A stretch of 64,000 nt of DNA. It comes from Actinomycetes bacterium. GTDB taxonomy: Bacteria > Actinomycetota > Acidimicrobiia > Acidimicrobiales > JABEUL01. Below are positions 47,520 through 56,362 of the stretch, piece after piece (the first letter of the stretch is position 1; the number at the start of each line of letters is the position of its first letter). The stretch is taken from NCBI GenBank assembly GCA_021790815.1, contig JAJYFT010000001.1, forward strand, positions 27,777 through 91,776, given 5' to 3'. The position numbers and the translations under genes are program-made. Below the pieces are notes generated by a model. The model was not told where the DNA came from, searched no databases, and saw only the letters and a program-made list of their open reading frames with translations.

Positions 47520-48632
47520 TTAATTCTTGCGAGTAGCACCTAGCGTGACTGCTACCTTTTCTGGACTTCTATCCAGCGTTCCAGGGTCAACAGTATATTT
47601 GCCAAATAGGTCTAGCCAGTTGTAAACAATAAGCGTATCTAAAATTTCCGAACTATTTCCTTCTCGCACACCTTTAAGTTCAGATTGAATCTTGCCAAGT
47701 GCTGAGTGGACTTGAGGACCAAAAAGGTACTCTAGGTATTCGGGTGGAATCCTTGGAGTTTCATAGTCTATCGACATGTCTTCCTTTAGGCTGTAAGGCG
47801 ACATCGGTGGAATATAGAAAATATTGGGTTCAGTTCCGAATTCTGGATGAAGCGGAAGTGCGACCTTCCATTCATTGACTAGTTTATAAATGGGTCCTGA
47901 CTTGTCCTCTGGGTCTCCAACAAAAACCAGTCTTCCAGGACACTGCCTGGCACAAGCTGGTGCAACATTTTCTTCAAGGCGGGGGAAGCACATTATGCAG
48001 TGTTGGGCAACGTCTCTAACGTAGTTAAAGTAGATCTTCTTGTATGGACAGGCTTCCATGCAGAACCTTGCACCTTGGCACTTTGACTCATCTCGCAATA
48101 CAACCCCATCTTCGTGTCTTTTGTACATCGCTCCAGATGGGCACGCTGTAACACAAACTGGGTTGGTACAATGGTTGCATAGCCTTGGTAGGTAGAAGTA
48201 GTAGGAGTTTGGATATTCACCAGCACCCTGGTCCTCATCCCAGTTCATACCCCATTCGGTAGTCTTGTCTCCCTTGTCTATTGGATGCAAGTGGGTTGAA
48301 CGGCCTTTCCCGCCGTAAAAAACCTCTTCGTAGTTAAAGTCCCATCCTCCACCAAACTCGGCGCGCGTGGGCTGATGCCCTTTTGCTGGTTGACCGTCAA
48401 TAATACCTCCTCCCATCTGTTCCCAGTCTTTGGGAGTCCCTTTGCCAGGTTGCGTATTACACGTCATCCACCATTGGTGTTCTTCACCTTGTTCTTGCGT
48501 CCAAAGTACTTTACACGCTATTGAACAGGTCTGGCATCCCATACACTTATTGAGATCAAAGACCATAGCAACTTGACCCCTCTTTGATGACTTGTCCGCC
48601 TCGTTTGTAGCTGTTTCATTTGTAATTGTCAT
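47520..48632 (-). CDS. iron-sulfur beta subunit (NarH/EbdB-like, four Fe-S cluster motifs)
   Basis: 370 aa. CMGCQTCSIACK, CNHCTNPVCVTACP, CQGARFCMEACP, CIMCFPRLEENVAPACARQCP. Confidence 0.9.
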   Translation of the reverse strand: MTITNETATNEADKSSKRGQVAMVFDLNKCMGCQTCSIACKVLWTQEQGEEHQWWMTCNTQPGKGTPKDWEQMGGGIIDGQPAKGHQPTRAEFGGGWDFNYEEVFYGGKGRSTHLHPIDKGDKTTEWGMNWDEDQGAGEYPNSYYFYLPRLCNHCTNPVCVTACPSGAMYKRHEDGVVLRDESKCQGARFCMEACPYKKIYFNYVRDVAQHCIMCFPRLEENVAPACARQCPGRLVFVGDPEDKSGPIYKLVNEWKVALPLHPEFGTEPNIFYIPPMSPYSLKEDMSIDYETPRIPPEYLEYLFGPQVHSALGKIQSELKGVREGNSSEILDTLIVYNWLDLFGKYTVDPGTLDRSPEKVAVTLGATRKN

Positions 48633-48653
48633 TTGTTTATTGCTCCTTTTGAC

Positions 48654-49259
48654 TTAGATTTCGATCCAATTTGACGATACTGCACCTATCCCGGCCCTCT
48701 CATTGTTTGAGCCATCCCAAACAACAATGCCAAGCTTTCTTGATCCTTCAACAATGTTCTTGCCTCCAGAAATTACAACACTCCATTTGCCATTCGATAG
48801 GCTAGCTTCGGCATTAACTGATTGTGATCCTTCAACCGGATGGAATACACCTGGACCGCTTGAAATTAAATCCGTAGAGTTTGACAAACCTGACTGAAGC
48901 TCAGTTCTGTTCTTCCACATCCAAAGTCTGACTGGATTTGATTTTGTCCCAATTGTTTCTGGAGATTCTGAAGATCCTGACTCAGGGAAAAATACTCCAG
49001 CCGCATCTTGAAATTCAATGTTTGGCTCATTTGAATCATCCCATTCAAGCCTAACAAAAACCTGGTTGTCATGTTCAGCTACGGATAACGATACTTCTCC
49101 TACGTTGCCGTAAGGAGTGTCTTTATAAGCATTCCTAATATACTGATTTGGCTGGGCATCCACTGGCACAGGTTTAAGTTTTATAACTTCTTTACTGACC
49201 TCTGACCACACTGAAGAGCTCGGGTTTAGCGGACTCTCACCTACTGTTTTTAATTCCAT
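48654..49259 (-). CDS. EB_dh/DOMON-like gamma subunit (EbdC/SerC/DdhC type) without signal peptide
   Basis: 201 aa. VSLSVAEHDNQVFVRLEWDDSNEPN ... DAAGVFFP ... NPVRLWMWK ... VVWDGSNNERAGIGAVSSNW follows the ethylbenzene-dehydrogenase gamma pattern. The N-terminus MELKTVGESPLNPSS is not a signal peptide. Confidence 0.65.
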   Translation of the reverse strand: MELKTVGESPLNPSSSVWSEVSKEVIKLKPVPVDAQPNQYIRNAYKDTPYGNVGEVSLSVAEHDNQVFVRLEWDDSNEPNIEFQDAAGVFFPESGSSESPETIGTKSNPVRLWMWKNRTELQSGLSNSTDLISSGPGVFHPVEGSQSVNAEASLSNGKWSVVISGGKNIVEGSRKLGIVVWDGSNNERAGIGAVSSNWIEI

Positions 49260-49269
49260 TCTTATTTCC

Positions 49270-52086
49270 TCACTTTCCAGTTTTCTTAAAATTACAAGGG
49301 ACTCCTCTATCTGTAGGGATCGGCTGCCATTCAGCTAACGAGTAGTTGATGTGACCGTATCCACCTGCAAATGCAATCCACTTGACCATCCCTGCTTCAA
49401 TCTCATTTGCGCCTTCCCAGTTTTCATACTGGTGACCATCCCAGCCGTTATATGAAATTATTTGTCCAGGCATTACTCCAGGTGAAACTTTGGCACGGGC
49501 TGTAAACGAAGTTATGTCGTTAAAAATGGTAATCAACTCATCGTCAGAGACACCTCTTTCGTCAGCATCATTAACAGAAATCTCAACCAGTGGTTCACCT
49601 CTGTGGGTTTGAAGTATAACTTTGTTTGCCTGATTCATTGAGTGAATAGACCACCTGTTGTGACCTGACGTCATTCGCAGTGGGTGATCTCCACCTGCCA
49701 AAGGATTTGGCTTATGTACAGGGAGGTGTTCATTTGCCTCAATCCACCATGGGTGGTCGATGTAGAACTGTGCACGCCGAGAGTACGTAGGAAATGGTGC
49801 GCCTCTTTCAACGTGATCCCTAAACGGAGTATGTGTTTTATCTGGGAATATCGGAGAAGCTTGCGCTAGCGCAAACGGACTTGATCCCCATCCGATGAAT
49901 CGCTTGTAGCCATCTTTTCTAAGGCTTGAAAGATCTGTTTTTTCAGGAAGTGTTCCAGAGTAAACAGAGTCACGAATAATTTCATCTGCCCATTTGTCCT
50001 CCTCAGCAATGTAACCATTTATGGTGTAATCATCCCACATGGTCTCTGGCCTGAAGGTAGCCCCGTGACGATTCTGATATTCGATTACTCCTCGCTCTTT
50101 CGCTCTTTCTGCCAATTTCTTGAGTATTAACTGGTAGATTTCCCACTCTGCCTTGGCTTCTCCAGCAGGTTCAGCATTCTTATCAGAAAGAGTAAGATTC
50201 ATCACATGTGACGTCGGAATATGGAAGTTTACTTTTTCATAGTGTTGCGCAGCCGGCAAAACTATGTCTGAATTTAGTCCAGTAAAATTGAGACGAAAAT
50301 CTATGGAAACTATAGTATCAAGTTTATCCCAGAGGTTACTTCCAAGCTGAGTAAAACCACCTCTAGTCCGCCGAAGCATGTTTCCACCACACTCAATTAA
50401 CATATGAGGGGGGTTCTCCGGTCTTGGACCATCAAGTCCTTTCCACCAACCTTTTTCTAGAGCCTCATCAAAGTACTCTTCAAACTTCCTCGGAAGTGAT
50501 GTATCACCCCATTCGAACTTTTCCCATCGCTCTTTGTAGCCACCTTGCCAGTACCACCAAAAAGCTGGCGGAGATCCCGTAAGACGAGGTGCATCGGCAC
50601 CCATTGGTCCTAACTGAGCTAGAAGTCTTGCAACTTCTCTTACAGCAAGTTCGTCTGTAGTTAACGTTGGGTCATTAGCTCTTAGCGCTTCAATAGCCAT
50701 CTCTTGAGCACCAAATAGCTGCTCAGCTCCTTCAACTCCTGGCACTGTTTTTACCATCATCGAAAACATGCCATCAGCCATGCCTATCATCCATGACCTG
50801 ATTCCGGTTCCAGCCTTGCCCCAGTTTCCAGTAACACCAAGAAGAAGACACATAGCTCTTTCGATTAAGTCACCGTGGTAGTACTTACAAGAGTTCCAAC
50901 CAAGCATAATGTCAGTCTTCTTCGCAGCGGCTTTTCTTGCGATCATCCTTACTACTTCTGGGTTTATGCTAGTTATCTCTTCTTGCATTTCAGGGGTATA
51001 TTTTTCATTTACATGACGCTTGAGAAGTTCCATAACTGGAGCAACCATGACTTTCGTCCCATCGTGAAGCGTTACTTCAAACTCGCCATATAGTTCGACT
51101 TCTTTGCCATTTAGCAAAAGATTTCCTTTGTCTGCTTTGATAGGTTCTCCGTTATACCAATGGTAAAGTTGATCTTCTTTCGCACTATACACATTTCCTT
51201 CTAGATCAATCTGTCTTAAAAATCTTTGTGTGTCTAATCTAACCAAACATGGCAAATCAGTTTGTTCTCTAACAAATGTTTTGTCTTCAATTCCTTCTTC
51301 GATGATTACCTGTACCATAGCTAAAGCAAATGCAGCGTCTGCACCAGTTTTAACTGGAACATGATAGTCGGAATGCATGTGAGATGCATTTAGGTCAGGT
51401 GATATCGAAATAACTTCTGCTCCCTTATACCTTGCTTCTAGCATGAAGTGATAAAAGGGAATCCTTGTAAATGCAGGGTTCATGTGCCATATCAAGATGA
51501 GTTCGGAGTGAAACCAATCATCAGCTGATGAAACTGGATTCCACTTTCCAAAGGTTTCATGTAGCCCAATTGAAAAATCATTGAATGAAGGGTGAAGGTC
51601 GAGCATTCTTCCACCAAACATGTTAAAGAACCTGTCGGTAGGAATTACTGCTGCAACTTCAGGAGTTCCTTCACGTACAACTGACTCAGGTCCTCCTTTT
51701 TCAATCGCGTCAAGCATCCCATCAGCCACTAAGGTAAGAGCTTCGTCCCAACTAATCTGCTCCCACTCTCCACCCCCACGCGGGCCTTTCCTCTTTAGAG
51801 GATGAAGTAACCGGTCTCCATCATATAGTTGCTGACTCCAACACGCCCCTTTGTTGCAACCCATTGGGTTAAAATCAGGCACACCTTCTTCCACAGTTGC
51901 AAAGGTTGCAGCAGGCTCTTCTCTAATTATCTTCCCGTCTTTTACGTAAACACGAAATGGACAGTTTCCAGGGTAACAGTCAACACAGTGTGTTCCCCAT
52001 CCAACCTTGTCCCAACTCCAACGACTTTCGTAGTTAGCAGCTCCTGTTCCAGTTACTTTTGATTCTTGATCGTACTCTATGACCAC
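49270..52086 (-). CDS. molybdopterin oxidoreductase catalytic subunit, NarG/EbdA-like, paralog alpha-4 (with cognate gamma/beta/delta), no Tat signal
   Basis: 938 aa. GTG start after GGGAGG. HCVDCYPGNCPFRVYVKDGKIIREE ... FNPMGCNKG. The N-terminus MVIEYDQESKVTGTGAANYESRW has no RR motif or hydrophobic stretch. Confidence 0.85.
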   Translation of the reverse strand: MVIEYDQESKVTGTGAANYESRWSWDKVGWGTHCVDCYPGNCPFRVYVKDGKIIREEPAATFATVEEGVPDFNPMGCNKGACWSQQLYDGDRLLHPLKRKGPRGGGEWEQISWDEALTLVADGMLDAIEKGGPESVVREGTPEVAAVIPTDRFFNMFGGRMLDLHPSFNDFSIGLHETFGKWNPVSSADDWFHSELILIWHMNPAFTRIPFYHFMLEARYKGAEVISISPDLNASHMHSDYHVPVKTGADAAFALAMVQVIIEEGIEDKTFVREQTDLPCLVRLDTQRFLRQIDLEGNVYSAKEDQLYHWYNGEPIKADKGNLLLNGKEVELYGEFEVTLHDGTKVMVAPVMELLKRHVNEKYTPEMQEEITSINPEVVRMIARKAAAKKTDIMLGWNSCKYYHGDLIERAMCLLLGVTGNWGKAGTGIRSWMIGMADGMFSMMVKTVPGVEGAEQLFGAQEMAIEALRANDPTLTTDELAVREVARLLAQLGPMGADAPRLTGSPPAFWWYWQGGYKERWEKFEWGDTSLPRKFEEYFDEALEKGWWKGLDGPRPENPPHMLIECGGNMLRRTRGGFTQLGSNLWDKLDTIVSIDFRLNFTGLNSDIVLPAAQHYEKVNFHIPTSHVMNLTLSDKNAEPAGEAKAEWEIYQLILKKLAERAKERGVIEYQNRHGATFRPETMWDDYTINGYIAEEDKWADEIIRDSVYSGTLPEKTDLSSLRKDGYKRFIGWGSSPFALAQASPIFPDKTHTPFRDHVERGAPFPTYSRRAQFYIDHPWWIEANEHLPVHKPNPLAGGDHPLRMTSGHNRWSIHSMNQANKVILQTHRGEPLVEISVNDADERGVSDDELITIFNDITSFTARAKVSPGVMPGQIISYNGWDGHQYENWEGANEIEAGMVKWIAFAGGYGHINYSLAEWQPIPTDRGVPCNFKKTGK

Positions 52087-52223
52087 ATGGCCTCCCGATT
52101 TAAACAGATTTAATTACTTATACACAATGAGACATATATTGCTACATTGTCTCACTTTATGTAACAAAACAAAGGTTTGTTACTGTAGGTAACGTTTATT
52201 TTGCTATAAATTAGACTAAACGT

Positions 52224-52243
52224 ATAGGGTCTAAAGTCCCTAT
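52224..52243. promoter_or_regulatory. DosR-type box (1 core mismatch) upstream of the alpha-4 operon
   Basis: ATAGGGTCTAAAGTCCCTAT lies 138 nt upstream of the GTG at 52086. Its flanks are identical to the 13921 box. Confidence 0.65.
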
Positions 52244-52343
52244 TTTTCTTACTGACAGTGATTTTGGAAACCACTCCACTTTACGAAGGGTACTTAAAAA
52301 TGAAATAACCAGCATAGCCAACAAGTTTCTGCACTACATACAT

Positions 52344-52384
52344 ATAGGCGCTAAAGGACTATCTATTTGGACTAAAGCCCTAAA
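52344..52384. promoter_or_regulatory. two degenerate DosR-like boxes in tandem
   Basis: ATAGGCGCTAAAGGACTAT (52344..52362) and ATTTGGACTAAAGCCCTAAA (52365..52384). Both keep the CTAAAG centre and partial arms. Confidence 0.35.
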
Positions 52385-52633
52385 CTGTATCTAAAGGCAG
52401 AATTTTTTAAATTGCATTGATTTAGGCCATATTATTTAGACAACTTGATGGCACCTGAAACTATAATGAATCGACTAGAACAAGTACGTCGCACAGGTAG
52501 ACAATAATCGATTGATAATGGAGAACTCAGCCGAAAGTATCAAAGTATTTTGGAACAATAAACTTATCAACAAAACCAATTAACCTTAAGCGGTGCTTTT
52601 CGCACATGCGACAATAAATTGAAACTCGACAAC

Positions 52634-52663
52634 TAGGTGAATAGCAGTTAAACTATTCACCTA
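52634..52663. promoter_or_regulatory. perfect 11-bp inverted repeat abutting the start codon of the 52663 gene
   Basis: TAGGTGAATAG (52634..52644) - cagttaaa - CTATTCACCTA (52653..52663). The last base is the A of the ATG. The left arm contains the SD-like AGGTGA and the right arm its complement. Confidence 0.45.
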
Positions 52664-53307
52664 TGTTAGCCACCCTTACACACGCGACAATTATTGCTCG
52701 AGCTATGCTCCGCAACTCTTCTAGCTTTAGTTGGTCAACAATTCCTCTTCTAGGAATTGTTCTTTACATCTACTCTGTTGAAATTGAAAGCAAAAGATGG
52801 TCAGTAGTTTTTGCAGGTTTAGCTCTTTGGCTTATGGACTGGTTTAACGAACTTATTAATTCAATAGTCCTTCACGTCTCTAACCATGCCGCTTTATGGA
52901 CAGTTACAGGACACACAAGCTACTTGATACTTATCGGCCTATCAATTGAGATCTCATTCTATTTTGCAGTTGCTGGAATAGCTTTTGTCAAAGCACTACC
53001 TTCCGACCCGAAACAAAAAATACTGGGCATCCCAAACAGAACTGTTTATGTAACAATCTTTTCATTGCTGTCAGTAGGAGTTGAGATTATGCTCCACGCC
53101 ATTGGTGTGCTTAACTGGGCATACTGGTGGTGGAATGTGCCCTTTATTCCTCTCATCGTTATCCTTGGATACGGGACTTTCTACGCAATAGCGGCGTGGG
53201 TATTCGACATGGGGGAAAACCACCGTAAACAAATAATTGTCGTTGGTGGCCTTGCTGCAGTCGATGCTATCCTTGCCGTATGTCTCGGATTTGCTGGTTG
53301 GCTTTAA
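52663..53307 (+). CDS. integral membrane protein, unknown family
   Basis: 214 aa, about 6 TM, Trp-rich loops (NWAYWWWNVPF). I recognise no motif. Confidence 0.5.
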   Translation: MLATLTHATIIARAMLRNSSSFSWSTIPLLGIVLYIYSVEIESKRWSVVFAGLALWLMDWFNELINSIVLHVSNHAALWTVTGHTSYLILIGLSIEISFYFAVAGIAFVKALPSDPKQKILGIPNRTVYVTIFSLLSVGVEIMLHAIGVLNWAYWWWNVPFIPLIVILGYGTFYAIAAWVFDMGENHRKQIIVVGGLAAVDAILAVCLGFAGWL

Positions 53308-53443
53308 GAGATTTACAAAAATATTAACTTCAATATTAAAATGAGAAATTTTAATAAAATATACAGGCTGAACACATTTTAACCGTCTCTTATAAATCTT
53401 ATAGCTAGTTTCATAAAAGACTTAGCACACAAAATTTATGAAG

Positions 53444-54052
53444 TTACGAAACTCTTTTACTTAGTTTTTCCCTAACTGCACAAAGTTGTTCTTCACTAAT
53501 TGGATAATTAGCGGGATAGCTACCCCTTACTGCCTTCTTAAGTTTGCTCGAATTTGTTGGATAGTTTAAAGTTGAGACAGTTTCTAGTACTCCGAGAACT
53601 AAATAAGTAAACTCTACTTCACTTACACATTCATCATTCAAGTATTCGGCGGCGAATTTAACGCCTTGTGCAATTGAAGCCTGATGTGCTTTCCATAACA
53701 AAGATTGTACTTTTGATTCATGTGCTTCTTCATCCTTAAAAACCTTTAAAAATTCAACCCACAATCGAGATGAACTTTTGTGACCAGAATTAACCTGTGA
53801 AGTAGTCAGAGAGCCGTCATAAAGACTTAAACCTGAATTCAAATCACGTGTGAGAAATCCATTAACTACTTTCCACCAATTTGAACCTGAATCGTCACTT
53901 ATTCTTCCCGAATCTACTTCCCACTCATAAAAGTCCAAAATAGCCTCACCATAATTTAGGCTCAAAGAGATGCCTACGTTTATTCTGCCAAAAAAGTCTG
54001 CGATGGAATCTCTTCTTTGTTTAACCGTAATTGCTATTAGTTCTTCTACCAT
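53444..54052 (-). CDS. hypothetical soluble protein
   Basis: 202 aa ORF with coding-like composition and no recognisable motif. Confidence 0.4.
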   Translation of the reverse strand: MVEELIAITVKQRRDSIADFFGRINVGISLSLNYGEAILDFYEWEVDSGRISDDSGSNWWKVVNGFLTRDLNSGLSLYDGSLTTSQVNSGHKSSSRLWVEFLKVFKDEEAHESKVQSLLWKAHQASIAQGVKFAAEYLNDECVSEVEFTYLVLGVLETVSTLNYPTNSSKLKKAVRGSYPANYPISEEQLCAVREKLSKRVS

Positions 54053-54188
54053 TTAGACTTAATCATAACCAAACATCCACCAATAGTTTATCCAAATTAC
54101 ACCTGATGCCAATAGAAGTAGGCAATGCAACCCACTGATGCGACATAACATAAGTAGGTGAGAAGTTTACTTCATCTCCGCTGGATTT

Positions 54189-55013
54189 TTATAACTTTCG
54201 CAACCTCTCATCGTATGAAGACCTTTTATTGATATCCAAATCCGTCAGGACTCGGTCGTCGTCAAGTATCTTACGGATAGAGCGCATGAACCGGCTTGGC
54301 GTTAGTCTGCTACCAATATCGACTGCTTTCATCCAACTCGGAATATAAACATCCAAATCTTTTTGCAACTCGAGCACATCGCATATCCTTCTAGCGACAT
54401 CTTCAGGCTTAATAGACATAAATCCTTTACCTTTGGGTACTCCAGAGCCAAGTTCAGTGTCAACCAAGGTAGGTAGTATGAGAGAAACATTTACGCCGCT
54501 GCCTCTAAGTTCGCTCCTAACCGCTTCAGTAAGACCAATTACCGCAAATTTAGTGCCAGTGTAAACAGCAGCTCCGGGTAGAGCAACTCTTCCCCCCATT
54601 GAAGCTACGTTAACTATCTTACCCTGTCTTCTTTCAATAAACTTTTCTAGGGCAATTTGCATACCGTAGATCACGCCTATTAGGTTGACATCAATTGTTG
54701 CCTTAGTAGATACGTCATCCATGCTCACAAAAGGACCCAAAGGCATAATGCCTGCGTTATTCACAAACCCAGTTAACAATCCAATACGCTTTTCAGCTTC
54801 TTCGAAAAATGTTAATATCGATTGGCGATCTCTAACATCTACTTGAATACCAACTGCCATCGGACCAATGGTACTGGCCACTCGCTCTGCAAGCTCACCG
54901 TCAATGTCTCCAACCGCCACCATCGCACCTTTTCTTGCGAGACGTTCCGCAGTAGCGCGGCCAATTCCCCTAGCAGCACCTGTTATTGCCACGATCGACT
55001 TTTCTGGTCGCAC
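54189..55013 (-). CDS. short-chain dehydrogenase/reductase (SDR)
   Basis: 274 aa. TGAARGIGRA cofactor motif, NNAG, and catalytic YTGTKFAV (YxxxK). Confidence 0.9.
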   Translation of the reverse strand: MRPEKSIVAITGAARGIGRATAERLARKGAMVAVGDIDGELAERVASTIGPMAVGIQVDVRDRQSILTFFEEAEKRIGLLTGFVNNAGIMPLGPFVSMDDVSTKATIDVNLIGVIYGMQIALEKFIERRQGKIVNVASMGGRVALPGAAVYTGTKFAVIGLTEAVRSELRGSGVNVSLILPTLVDTELGSGVPKGKGFMSIKPEDVARRICDVLELQKDLDVYIPSWMKAVDIGSRLTPSRFMRSIRKILDDDRVLTDLDINKRSSYDERLRKL

Positions 55014-55014
55014 A

Positions 55015-55620
55015 CTAAGACGCCATTCCGGTTAGCATTAGCTTAACTATCGCCTCAATCCATCTATTACGTTCAATTTCAGGTTCTTGAAGGCTAAACG
55101 TTCTTAATGCTCCGGCAAAAATCATCCCATTGATCGCCCTGGCAGTAATCTCTACGTCGAGACCATTTCTCAAGAACCCCTTTGTCTGGCCATTTACCAA
55201 GTATTGCTCGACGAAGTCTCCAAAAAGCTCTAGTGCCGATTGCATTCGAGCGGTAAGCTCCTTGTCTACGCCGTAGGCCTCGAAAAAAAATACCGAAGCT
55301 AAGTCACGGTTTTCAATAAAAAAGTCAAAAAGACGATTTCCTATTTCTCGGAGTTGGTTCTCATATTCTAAAAGCGTGTCAGCAGCTTCTGGATCAACAT
55401 CAACGACAAGCAGTGTTATTTGATCGACTATATACCCAACAACATTTTCGGCGATGTCCCTCTTGTTCTCGAAGTATCGGTAAAATGTACCGTGGCCGAT
55501 ACCAAGTTCACTAGCAATATCGGCAATATTCGACTCTCTATATCCTCGATTTGCAATAATCTTGCTCGCTGCCGCAAGTATCTCGCCGCGCCGTCGCGAG
55601 ACAAGGTCTGACTTAGGCAT
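55015..55620 (-). CDS. TetR/AcrR family transcriptional regulator
   Basis: 201 aa. HTH IIANRGYRESNIADIASELGIGHGTFYRYFENKRDI. Confidence 0.9.
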   Translation of the reverse strand: MPKSDLVSRRRGEILAAASKIIANRGYRESNIADIASELGIGHGTFYRYFENKRDIAENVVGYIVDQITLLVVDVDPEAADTLLEYENQLREIGNRLFDFFIENRDLASVFFFEAYGVDKELTARMQSALELFGDFVEQYLVNGQTKGFLRNGLDVEITARAINGMIFAGALRTFSLQEPEIERNRWIEAIVKLMLTGMAS

Positions 55621-55623
55621 AGC

Positions 55624-56340
55624 CTATTTGACCAGGTCGCTCTTGAGAGCAAAGTATGCTAAAAGTGTATGTCGTTCCTGAGAACCTTTCTGCGATCGCC
55701 AAAGCATCTTTCCAAGGTAAACCCCAGGCACTAGCTGAACTAATTCATCGCGAATCGAACGTATTAAGAACTTTGGATTAGACGGCACGGATTTATAATC
55801 AATAACCAGTACCTCGGTTGAAGGATCGAGTTTCCCTGGTTCAGTCCATGTCTTAAATCCAAATCCAGAAGTTTTATCACCGTACGACTTAAATTTATAA
55901 ATGGGCCAAACCAGCCGTCCCAATACACGTACAACACCCTCCATTAGATTATCCCCAGAATTGTCTTGGGCATCGAATCGTTTTCCGACCCATGGAAGCC
56001 ATAACGATGTTATCGTTGACATTGCTCGGTCTGCAATCGGTTGAGCAGTCCATCCAACCAGAGCCCCAACGGTGGGCCCATCCAGTCCTGAGGGCTTGTC
56101 GCCGTGTGCGAAAAGCTCAGCGAGTGAATTCATTGCGGTATCACGATCTTTACTCAGTTGCGATCCTAGGTTTTTGATCAATGTCCATGCCCTTTGCTGT
56201 GCCCCTTCTGGGTCTGTGGGCGCAGTCTTCCGCAATTCATCGACAATATCTTTGACGTTTCCTTTTCCACCATCACCTTCATCCAAAGAAACTAACTTTT
56301 GAACTCCCTCTCGTGAAACTTCCATTTTCAATACCTCCAA
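55624..56340 (-). CDS. GXWXG/DUF4334-like protein
   Basis: 238 aa. WLPWVGKRFD and VLVIDYKSVPSNPKFLIRSIRDELVQLVPGVYLGKMLW resemble the GXWXG plus DUF4334 pair as I recall it (..YD..Pi.D.fR.v.....lG.m..). Confidence 0.45.
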   Translation of the reverse strand: MEVLKMEVSREGVQKLVSLDEGDGGKGNVKDIVDELRKTAPTDPEGAQQRAWTLIKNLGSQLSKDRDTAMNSLAELFAHGDKPSGLDGPTVGALVGWTAQPIADRAMSTITSLWLPWVGKRFDAQDNSGDNLMEGVVRVLGRLVWPIYKFKSYGDKTSGFGFKTWTEPGKLDPSTEVLVIDYKSVPSNPKFLIRSIRDELVQLVPGVYLGKMLWRSQKGSQERHTLLAYFALKSDLVK

Positions 56341-56362
56341 GCGTTCGATTCTGTAACAAAAC

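Noticed and set aside
49270-52086. Respiratory nitrate reductase NarGHJI or nitrite oxidoreductase
   Set aside because: The alpha subunits are about 920-940 aa rather than about 1200 aa or more. The third subunit is EB_dh type, not a dihaem NarI. There are no nitrate or nitrite transporter genes. Four paralogs sharing one beta would be atypical. Phylogeny is still needed to be sure.
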